From Octopus sinensis (taxonomy: Eukaryota): a stretch of 64,000 bases of DNA. Position 1 is the stretch's first letter. Every line of letters starts with the position of its first letter. The DNA is taken from the NCBI RefSeq assembly GCF_006345805.1, contig NC_043001.1, forward strand, positions 89,528,001 to 89,592,000, read 5' to 3'. The position numbers and the translations under genes are program-made. Below the pieces are notes generated by a model that searched no databases, was not told the origin of the DNA, and saw only the letters and a program-made list of their open reading frames with translations. This document shows positions 1 to 9,531 of the stretch, piece by piece.

Positions 1-864
1 TGACTATCTTCTGAAAAGAGCAAGGTTCATTGATCTCGGACTGAATTTTTATATTTGACTAATTCAGAGTTACACCAGATGTGGAATGGTTGTGTTGTGT
101 TATGAAGTAAAGATGGTTTTTATGTCCACTTCTGTGCTGGCATAAGTTGGATGGTTAGACAGGATCCAACTTGCCTAAGTCTCTAAATTTCATGTTAGTA
201 ATTAATGATTATTTCATTACTAATGAAATACACTCTTTAATGTAAGTTGTCACTTGGTACTAGAAATAGTGTTGTGCATGTATAATTGTTAATTACATTA
301 TATTTAAGCGAAAACATAAAGAGAAATGTAGGTAATAAATGCAGTTAGTATTGGACAAGACCATAGATATTAGTGCAAACAGGGTTCTGTGGTTAAAAAT
401 GAGTGTTACCACCATACAGGTGGTATTGTCTGCATTTCCAGTTATTTGTGTAAAGTTTTCCAGCCATGTGAAAAAGTGCATCCAGAAAATCGTTTGATGG
501 AATTCCATCTAATGTATATAAGCATGAAAAGTGGACATTGAAATTATGCATATATTTGTGTGTACACAAACACACACACCGATTCTTGTTTATCACTGTG
601 GTTTGGTTCTAAATAGCACAGTGATGAATAAATCATCTCCACGCTGGAATAAATGGTAGGTCCATTGACAACAAACTTGCAGCCCTCAGCAGTGATGCAT
701 TCAATGTTACATTTTCTTGATCATCTCCAATTTCTCGTGAAGAGAATACACTCATCTTTCATTTGTTAGGATTAGGTACTTTTGTATTTTTCTTTCCACC
801 TGTCCAATGTTGACGGGTTCAGCTACATGAATCCATGTAAAAATATGTAACCTTGTAACACATT

Positions 865-1010
865 CATGTAAAGACAAGCAATGATCAGTGAATATTAGGT
901 AGCTGAATATCATGGGCTATCACTGGGACATGTTTTTATGATACAAGCTGAATCTTCAATTGGTTATTGATCTGTATTATCACAGATCAGTGTAACATTG
1001 GTTCACAGTT
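865..1010 (+). ncRNA. Candidate box H/ACA snoRNA
   Basis: Hairpin-hinge-hairpin-tail layout of about 146 nt. Hairpin 1 has upper stem cagtga/tcactg. H box ATACAA (ANANNA) at 941-946 lies 15 nt from the upper-stem base. Hairpin 2 has upper stem ttgatctg/cagatcag. ACA at 1005-1007 lies 14 nt from the stem base and is followed by 3 nt. Intronic and same strand as RPL34. Confidence 0.5.
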
Positions 1011-1330
1011 GAGCATAGTGTGTTATCCCAGATCAGTTATAAACGTGTGTGCATACCCATAAATAATATATATACACACTTATGTGCATGACTGAGTGCC
1101 TATTCCCCATTTTTTTTATATTTGTGCACTGATTATAAAGAAAAGCTTCACTTTATATAAACTTTGCCATGTTGTTCCTCCCAAAAGCATGTCTGAGTTT
1201 GTTGATAGATTGAGGGATTATTACCTTGCTTGGAAATAGGTAATGTTTGGCATCAAGAAGGACTCAAGCCATGAATATTCTACTGTAGCAGTCTCATTTG
1301 GCCCATGCAAGAATCGAAAAGTAGATGTTA

Positions 1331-1362
<32 letters not shown>

Positions 1363-1364
1363 GA

Positions 1365-1590
1365 GGCGCAATGGCCTAGTGGTTAGGGCAGCGGACTCGC
1401 GGTCGCAGGATCGAGGTTTCGATTCTCAGACTGGGCGTTGTGTGTGTTTATTGAGCGAAAACACCTAAAAGCTCTACGAGGCTCTGGCAGGGGGTGGTGA
1501 TCCCTGCTGTACTCTTTCACCACAATGGCGGTGCCCCAGCATGGCCACAGCTCAAGAGCTGAAACTGGAAAAACAAACAAACAAAACAAA
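1365..1590 (+). mobile_element. tRNA-derived SINE, truncated or chimeric
   Basis: tRNA-like head ggcgcaatggcctagtggttagggcagcggac...gtttcgattc with A-box and B-box-like motifs. Related copy at 26829. Flanked by (TA)n and A/C-rich tail. Confidence 0.8.
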
Positions 1591-1674
1591 ACAACAAAAC
1601 AAATATATATACACACACACACACACACACATACATACATAGTTATGTATTGTAAAAATATATTTAGCTATTAG

Positions 1675-1749
1675 TTGTCAAATATGATGATTTAAGCACT
1701 GGGCTATGACTAAATGTCTGATTCTAGTGTGCTTCACTGATTTTGACAA
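1675..1749 (+). ncRNA. SNORD88-like: Box C/D snoRNA, SNORD88/snR76-like, copy A
   Basis: 8-bp terminal stem ttgtcaaa/tttgacaa; C box ATGATGA 1684-1690; guide AGCACTGGGC 1695-1704, then T and D'-like ATGA; D box CTGA 1737-1740. Guide is antisense to conserved 28S GCCCAGUGCU. Confidence 0.88.
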
Positions 1750-2404
1750 GTTTTTTTAAATATTTGTTACTACAGCTATTTTATTTTGATAATTTGACAT
1801 GAGAAATTGCTTGGGGATCTAAATTTTTCTGCTCGTTCTTTCCAATCAATCAATCAATCCAGTCAGTATTGTATCACTTGAGATGTTAACCTCAGATTAA
1901 TTCATGGACTACATTGGTGACTTGCAGCTATGTCTCCATTTGACACCTCATTGACCAATGTGAGATCTGAAGTCATGAATACCATTGTACATTGCAGCTA
2001 AGTGTATTATGTCCTCATTCTGTGGGGATTAGGTTTCACAGCAATAACGATTAATCACTGTACCAATATTGTGAACATACTACTTGTACAATATTTAGAT
2101 TTGCCATCCTCTTGTCCTTCAGTTTTTGTTCATTAGTAAATTGTACATCTAACAAATTAATTCAAGTGTCATATTCTGGCAGTAAACTTGGGCACCTATA
2201 GTTGATAATTAATTTGAAATTGTCTTCTAAATGTATTGTGATGTTCTTTGCTCAGATATGCCAGTCTGTGAAATTAATTCCTTTAGATGGCTTATGACTT
2301 AATATTTGTATCTGCTGTAGGAGTTGGATTTTTGATGAGTATAAACAAACAGGTTAGATTAGATAGAGTTTGTAGAAGGTTTGATATGCTATAATGTAGG
2401 TGTC

Positions 2405-2460
2405 TATCGAATATGATGTCTTAGCACCAAGCTGTGAGTGAACACTTGATTCTAATTTCA
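2405..2460 (+). pseudogene. Degenerate SNORD88-like copy
   Basis: atcgaatATGATGTcttagcaccaagctgtga...ttgattctaat aligns to the intact copies, but the C box and guide are mutated and no D box or stem is seen. Confidence 0.55.
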
Positions 2461-2832
2461 TTTCTTCATATTTTCTGCATTATTGGTGGGCTGATGTTAT
2501 TATTGTGTATCTATTTGATATTTTATGTGAAATATTGTTGAATTAGGTGTTTATGGTTTCTGAAAGTTTTTGATATATGAAACTGTGGAACAGAAGAGCT
2601 AGCTTCACATAAATTAATCATTCCTTGTATATGTTGTAAGTAGTAGAAACCATAGGTTTAACTTTTAATAACTGAAGGGCATCTAGTCTTGTTCATTGAA
2701 GTTTTTTGTTCAAATTGTTCATGGGCTGGCTTAATTTGCTTTATCTCTCTTTAAGATCAATTACATCCAACATATTGGTCAGATAACTGAGAATTAATTG
2801 CCTTCTGTATGCTTTAACACATTAGCATTTAA

Positions 2833-4574
2833 CCCTTTCGTTACTATATTTCTGACCAAAATACACCCCTCATGAGTTTCAATTAAATTCTAAAATAATC
2901 ATGAATTTAGGCTTGTTTCATTAAATAACTGTAACTTTTTTACTTATCAACATATTAATGTGATATTTGGAACATAATTAAAGAAAGGGTTCTTAATCAA
3001 TTCTATTGGATAACTTTTGTCTCAAAGTGACTTTGATTACAGGTAAATCCAGGTAAATTGAGCAAAAGGTAAAAATATTAAAATTTTGTTTAAACATCAC
3101 CATAGAAAATGAATCATCAGCTAATATTCAAATGGGTATGCAACAAAATTTTGATAAAGAAGAATTGTGCACATCACTAGATTATCAGTTGTATTTAATG
3201 CACAACAGGTGTACCATAAAGGTGGAATATACTGAAATCCACCGCAAGTTTGACCGAACTAAAGAAACCAGTCAAAAAATAATATACGGCCCTGGTTATG
3301 GTATGGAAGTGATAAATTCCAGACCACATCATTCCCTAGGCCATGCTGACTAACATTATTTTCCCTGTATAAAAACTAAATCCACGCAATACCCAGTATT
3401 TGCTTCACAAATTTTCCGAAATTTGAACCCCCATTTTGTGTTTGTTTACATTCTGCGTAAGTTTGTTTCCGCATTGATTTCTTCAAACAATAACTTCCAG
3501 ACCACGTCATACCCTAATTGATTGACAACAGCTGCTTTGATTAGCCATTCCGAATCCTTCTCAAGACTGATACATTTCAATAACCACTAAATAATCACAC
3601 TTTCCATTTTATTTTTGCTATTAACCATCCTCACAACCCCCTTCGTGTCTATGATGGGGCCATGAACTATAGATAAAACTGTAGAATGAAAGAACATGTA
3701 AATCATTTGGATGTTATTGAATTATGTGGTCAAATATGATGACTTAAGCACTGGGCTATGACTGATTTTGATTCTAATGTGCTTCACTGACTTTTGACCA
3801 GGTTTAGCTTATTGAAAAAATACACCTTCACGATAAGGTCTGGCCTTGTACCTTGTGGTCCATGCTGACTAACATTAGTTTCCCTGTATAAAAACTAAAT
3901 CCACAACAGTAGCCAGTATTTGCTTCACAAATTTTCCAAACTTTGAACCCCCATTTTGTGTTTGTTTACAATCTGCGTAAATTTGTTTTCGAAGTGATCG
4001 CTTCAAACTAGCATACTGAAAAAAATAAAAGTCTAATGGTTTCACATAGACTATAGATAAACTTTATCTCAGAAAAATTACTAATAAAAACATTTTTAAA
4101 GTTTTTTTACTTCATTCCTATGTAAAATCGTCTTCGCTGTCGCCATTGCTGATTTGTTTCTTCAGAATCGCTTTCATTTTCGGATAAAAAAAATCCTATT
4201 CATTATTTTGTACACCACGTGCTTTAAGACCTCATGCATTCTTTTTCTCGATATCTCCCTATTTTCCGTTGGAAAAGCTTTAAATTCGGAATCAATGCTT
4301 GATAACATGAAACTCCTATCCATTTTCAAAGTTGAAGAAAAATCGATGCCGAAAAAAATGTGGAGAAAAATCTCCCAAAATTCACTGAGTTGAGATATCA
4401 CGTCAAGCAATGTCGGATACTATAAGCTAACTATTTACAAAGTGAAATCGCATGTTTTAACGAATGTACCAATGAGATTTGGGTTCAAATTTACATTTAA
4501 ATATCAATAGGTTCTCACGGCCGGGTTGGTATTATAAACCAAAGAATTTTTCGGCTGGGTTAGTAACGAAAGGG
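2833..4574. mobile_element. piggyBac-type non-autonomous element (MITE), copy 1, carrying a ~343-bp insert with a snoRNA
   Basis: TTAA target site 2829-2832 and 4575-4578; TIR CCCTTTCGTTACT/AGTAACGAAAGGG; internal ~170-bp tandem subrepeat; homologous along its length to 9553-10963. Confidence 0.88.
3727..3800 (+). ncRNA. SNORD88-like: Box C/D snoRNA, SNORD88-like, copy B (inside the MITE)
   Basis: Stem tggtcaaa/tttgacca; C box 3736-3742; guide AGCACTGGGC; D box CTGA 3787-3790. Confidence 0.85.
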
Positions 4575-4620
4575 TTAAACTGGCCAGATCCAGCCTCACA
4601 CACCTTACCTGAATCATTCT

Positions 4621-4850
4621 TACTCTTTTACTTGTTTCAGTCATTTGACTGCGGCCATGCTGGAGCACCGCCTTTAGTCGAGCAAATCGGCCCCGGGACT
4701 TATTCTTTGTAAGCCCAGTACTTATTCTATCAGTCTCTTTTGCTGAACCGCTAAGTGACGGGGACGTAAACACACCAGCATCGGTTGTCAAGCAATGCTA
4801 GGGGGACAAACATACATATATACGACAGGCTTCTTTCAGTTTCCATCTGC
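4621..4850 (-). mobile_element. SINE 3' portion (abundant family, also at 43066 and 50605)
   Basis: ttactcttttacttgtttcagtcatttgactgcggccatgctggagcaccgcc... is the reverse complement of the 3' half of the copy at 43066-43470. Confidence 0.8.
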
Positions 4851-5304
4851 TATTGCCCTGGGCATTGATCTAAAAATTAATAATCACATCGAATTCTCAA
4901 AAATATAAGATAATGTGTGATTAATTCAGAAATGTAAATATATAAGCATTACATTTGAAAAAAGAAATCTGAATTGTATTTATGATTTTGGCTGATACAA
5001 CTAAAAGGTCGAGTTATATTACAACATTAACTGTACCATGAAATTACATTGAACAGGTTCCTTGCAGAATTATATTCTTTATTGCAGGAAATTTTTCTGC
5101 TTTATGACCGTTTCCTGAAGTAATCTGATCTAATTTGTATTGCTAAGTGACTAATAGTAGACACAGGAAAGAATTGACCTATTAGAGGTTGCAGAATGTG
5201 TGTGTTTGTATATGTTTAGATGAGCACAAAAGGGATATCAAATATGATGTACAAACCTGTTAGTCATGGGTTGTAGAAGAATATTTGGGTGTTATTGAAT
5301 TATT

Positions 5305-5377
5305 TGGTCAAATATGATGACTTAAAGCACTGGGCTATGATTTACTGATTCTAGCGTGCTTCACTGATTTTTGACAA
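5305..5377 (+). ncRNA. SNORD88-like: Box C/D snoRNA, SNORD88-like, copy C
   Basis: Stem gtcaaa/tttgac; C box 5314-5320; guide AGCACTGGGC; D box 5364-5367. Confidence 0.85.
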
Positions 5378-5954
5378 GTTTCTTTCAATTTCACTACAGC
5401 TAGTTGGTTTTGATAATTTGATTAAGAGATAATAGTCTGAGTCGTCTAAAGAAAATATGAACGAAACTAATGAATCAATAAATAGCTTGGTGGTCTGTGT
5501 TTGCACTTTGCTTATTCTTTCAAACTAACCTATATCTGAGACAACCTCTTTGCATTTATCAGCTTAGAGGCAAAGTCAGATTTTGAAACCAATTGACATT
5601 TTATCACCTGAAACTATAGACTTTTTGACCCCTGGTTATTGCAAGGACTGCTTTGGTGACCTGCACCTGCAGTATTTTTGTTAATCCAAATGTATGGTTG
5701 TGTTAATGATAGCATTGCTGATATTGCCCAGTGAATATCTTTATAAGGCCATGAAGATCAAATGTCCAAAGAGATCTGGGGTTTAGGAACTCTTGGCATG
5801 CTATCAGTTGAGTAGTTTGGAGTTTTGCATATATAGCCATATTATTTCAGTCTCTTATTTGCTTAATAATAATAGTGTATGTCATGTGAAGAGCATTTAT
5901 TTAAAACTGTAGAATGAAAGAACATGTAAATTATTTGGATGTTACTGAATTATG

Positions 5955-6028
5955 TGGTCAAATATGATGACTTAAGCACTGGGCTATGACTGATTCTGAT
6001 TCTAATGTGCTTCACTGACTTTTGACCA
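5955..6028 (+). ncRNA. SNORD88-like: Box C/D snoRNA, SNORD88-like, copy D
   Basis: Stem tggtcaaa/tttgacca; C box 5964-5970; guide; D box 6015-6018. Confidence 0.87.
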
Positions 6029-6341
6029 GGTTTAGCTTATTGAATGACACCACTCTTACAGTGGGCAGGATGAGATTTGAAGTTATGGCTATATATGTCT
6101 ACTGTAGCCCTTCTGTCAGCTTAAATATGCTTTCTGCTTTATGACCACTTCCTGAAGTAATCTGATCTAATTTGTATAGCTAAGTGACTAATAGTAGACA
6201 CAGGAAAGAATTGACCTATTAGAGGTTGCAGAATGTGTGTGTTTGTATATGTTTAGATGAGCACAAAAGGGATATCAAATATGATGTACAAACCCGTTAG
6301 TCATGGGTTGTAGAAGAATATTTGGGTGTTATTGAATTACT

Positions 6342-6413
6342 TGGTCAAATATGATGACTTAAGCACTGGGCTATGATTTACTGATTCTAGCGTGCTTCAC
6401 TGATTTTTGACAA
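6342..6413 (+). ncRNA. SNORD88-like: Box C/D snoRNA, SNORD88-like, copy E
   Basis: Stem gtcaaa/tttgac; C box 6351-6357; guide; D box 6400-6403. Confidence 0.85.
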
Positions 6414-6990
6414 GTTTCTTTCAATTTCACTACAGCTAGTTGGTTTTGATAATTTGATTAAGAGATAATAGTCTGAGTCATCTAAAGAAAATATGAACGA
6501 AACTAATGAATCAATAAATAGCTTGGCGGTCTGTGTTTGCACTTTGCTTATTCTTTCAAACTAACCTATATCTGAGACAACCTCTTTGCATTTATCAGCT
6601 TAGAGGCAAAGTCAGATTTTGAAACCAATTGACATTTTATCACCTGAAACTATAGACTTTTTGACCCCTGGTTATTGCAAGGACTGCTTTGGTGACCTGC
6701 ACCTGCAGTATTTTTGTTAATCCAAATGTATGGTTGTGTTAATGATAGCATTGCCGATATTGCCCAGTGAATATCTTTATAAGGCCATGAAGATCAAATG
6801 TCCAAAGAGATCTGGGGTTTAGGAACTCTTGGCATGCTATCAGTTGAGTAGTTTGGAGTTTTGCATATATAGCCATATTATTTCAGTCTCTTATTTGCTT
6901 AATAATAATAGTGTATGTCATGTGAAGAGCATTTATTTAAAACTGTAGAATGAAAGAACATGTAAATTATTTGGATGTTACTGAATTATG

Positions 6991-7064
6991 TGGTCAAATA
7001 TGATGACTTAAGCACTGGGCTATGACTGATTCTGATTCTAATGTGCTTCACTGACTTTTGACCA
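6991..7064 (+). ncRNA. SNORD88-like: Box C/D snoRNA, SNORD88-like, copy F
   Basis: Stem tggtcaaa/tttgacca; C box 7000-7006; guide; D box 7051-7054. Confidence 0.87.
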
Positions 7065-7172
7065 GGTTTATCTTGTTGAATGACACCACTCTTACAGTGG
7101 GCAGGATGAGATTTGAAGTTATGGCTATATATGTCTACTGTAGCCCTTCTATCAGCTTAAATATGAGTGTTA

Positions 7173-7310
7173 ATGGCAGTGCAGCAGATTGCCCAGAGAA
7201 TGTTTATGTATTGCCATATTAGATATAGTATGGCCAATGGTGACTTAACTATACATTCCAACTTATGCTTTTATCAGATACTAGATGTCCAGTGTCGTCA
7301 TATAACAGAA
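7173..7310 (+). ncRNA. Candidate box H/ACA snoRNA (weaker)
   Basis: 11-bp stem atggcagtgca/tgtattgccat; ANANNA (ATAGTA) at 7225-7230; second stem atggtgac/gtcgtcat; ACA at 7305-7307; 138 nt. The upper stems are weak. Confidence 0.33.
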
Positions 7311-7832
7311 GCTCAGCCTGTAGGGAATTGGTTCACACCAATAAAGGAAAAAGAATTCATTGAATCAATGTCAGAAACAAAGGTTTTATATGTATCACTC
7401 AGCAGTATTTAGATTCACCAACTGCTGGTATATGGGTTCAGGTTTTTGATCTTTTATCAAGTATTCATATAAAAAATGATTAGTTGAATGAAGTGTTACA
7501 AAGTTTGGTCATCTACAGTTTATTGGAGTTTCTTGTGATTCTTTTTGATGTTGTGTGAAACTGCAGACTGGTAAAAGTTTATTGTAATAAATTTAATAGC
7601 TTTACATTATTTGAGATTCTTTGCTGAAAATTGTTTTTCTTTAAAAGCCAGTAGGATATACTGAGTTCATTTGAGTGAATATTAACAACCACTAGCAAAT
7701 CTACCTATCTACGATGGAGGCATAAAATGAGGGAGAGAAGTCATAACAGCAGTATGTATTGAGAAATGTGTAAATGGACTTGATAAATTGCTGGGTGATG
7801 TCTTAGAGAAATCACATTGTTGGTGATACAGC

Positions 7833-8852
7833 ATTCTATTGCAGCTATATGATGTGTTTGTGACTAAGTGACATGTGATAATGATTCACTCCCGAACTGA
7901 AATAGGCTCCCAGCTTCTGTATTATGAATGGTTTTGTGGACCACTCCTAACAAAAGCCAGAGCTTCCTTTGGCCACTACATAAAAATTTATTAAGAAAAG
8001 AATGTTATTTAGATATACTTTTATTTTAGTTATTTACACTATCTTACACTTGTTAATACTCTTATACATTCAAAGTTCACAAATTTCCTTATTTAAATTA
8101 TGAATTGTATTCCTTTCAGTAATATCAATGATTACAAAACTTCTTTGTAGACAATATTTTCTGTTTGGTCAAATTACTGAAGTCACTACTCCTAGTGACG
8201 TATAACTGGCTGTGTAAACATTGGAGTGGGTAAAAATACACCTTCACAATAAAGTCTGGCCCTGTGCCTTGTTTACTGTGAATGTGCAAGCAGAATCATT
8301 AGGGTTGCAAAAAATCAAACTAAGATTTATCTGTCATTGTTGTTTTCAAATAATGTCTGGATGTTCTGGTAACGTGGTTTATTTTGATTGACAAAACTGA
8401 CAACATTGATTGACAACAGCCGCTTTGATTAGCCATTCCGAATCCTTCTCAAGACTGATACATTTCAATAACCACTAAATAATCACACTTTCCATTTTAT
8501 TTTTGCTATTAACCATCCTCACAACCCCCTTCGTGTCTATGATGGGGCCATGAACTATAGATAAAACTGTAGAATGAAAGAACATGTAAATCATTTGGAT
8601 GTTATTGAATTATGTGGTCAAATATGATGACTTAAGCACTGGGCTATGACTGATTCTGATTCTAATGTGCTTCACTGACTTTTGACCAGGTTTAGCTTAT
8701 TGAAAAAATACACCTTCACAATAAGGTCTGGCCCTGTACCTTGTGGTCCGCAAAACCATTCATAATACAGAGGCTGGGAGCCTATTTCAGTGCAGGAGTG
8801 AATTGTCATCACATCACTTAGTCACAAACACGTCATATAGCTGCAATAGAAT
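7833..8852. repeat. Inverted repeat, ~110-bp arms at 7833-7944 and 8743-8852
   Basis: attctattgcagctatatga...ttttgtggaccac is the near reverse complement of gtggtccgcaaaaccattc...tcatatagctgcaatagaat. Confidence 0.9.
8615..8688 (+). ncRNA. SNORD88-like: Box C/D snoRNA, SNORD88-like, copy G
   Basis: Stem tggtcaaa/tttgacca; C box 8624-8630; guide; D box 8675-8678. Confidence 0.87.
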
Positions 8853-9531
8853 ATGAAAATCCAGAGTTGCTCGTGGTCAGTGAATATTTAATAAAAATGC
8901 AAGGTAGTTTATCAATTCAAAAATCGATATCCATCAAATAATCATACTCTATGATTTTTTAATGCTAAAAACCTTCCTGGCAACTGTCTTAGTAATCGCT
9001 CAAAATATCGTAACCATTAGTCCAGCTGTCTGGCTGTGAAGAGGGAACAAAGACAGACAGGTGGGCATAATGCCCATTATAGTAAGATAGCAAATCTGCC
9101 CATCTACAATGGGAAATACAGGGATAGTATTGCAAATCTAAACCCCCTAAATTCGCCAAATATATGGTGGGGAAATCTAGAGTTAATCCTCGTCGTTAGA
9201 TTTTTTTACAGAAAAAATCAAAGGTGATTTATTAATACAAAACTCAATATCCACTAAATAATCATACTTTTTCACATTTTTCTTATAAACCTTCCTGATT
9301 ACCTCTTTCATAATCTTGAAAAGCATTGTAACCATGGTCCAGCCATGGAAAGGGAACAGACAGACAAATGGACATAATGCCCATTATAGTAAGATGAATG
9401 TATTTAGTTGATCCAACTGTATCAACCAAAATGTTTATAATAATTAGTCTATGAAACTGAAGAACATAATCAAAGAATTTTGGGTGTACTGTATAAGGGT
9501 TATAAAAAATTTTCGTTTGGTGTCATTGAAT

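Larger units (their letters stand above)
5092..7165 (+). repeat. Two-unit tandem duplication, period about 1037 bp, two snoRNAs per unit
   Basis: atgacc at 5104 and 6141; tagcccttct at 6105 and 7141. The units differ by only scattered substitutions. Confidence 0.93.

Noticed and set aside
139-234. Two hairpins followed by ACA (ggcataagttggat/atccaacttgcc; atttca-ttagtaat/attactaa-tgaaat) as an H/ACA snoRNA
   Set aside because: No ANANNA hinge between them and no pseudouridylation pocket in the second hairpin.
621-627. GTGATGA as a C box
   Set aside because: It lies within a hairpin arm, with no D box or terminal stem at a suitable distance.
1901-2050. Hairpin plus ATACCA as a further H/ACA candidate
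   Set aside because: The pocket is asymmetric and there is no canonical ACA after the second stem; too weak to call.
4154-4410. ORFs inside the MITEs (also 10524-10763) as transposase
   Set aside because: Short, no DDD motifs, and frames not conserved between the two copies.
1675-8688. Repeated ~75-bp motif read as a CRISPR-like array
   Set aside because: Eukaryotic context, irregular spacing of 0.4-2 kb and no cas genes; C/D boxes and the rRNA guide explain it.
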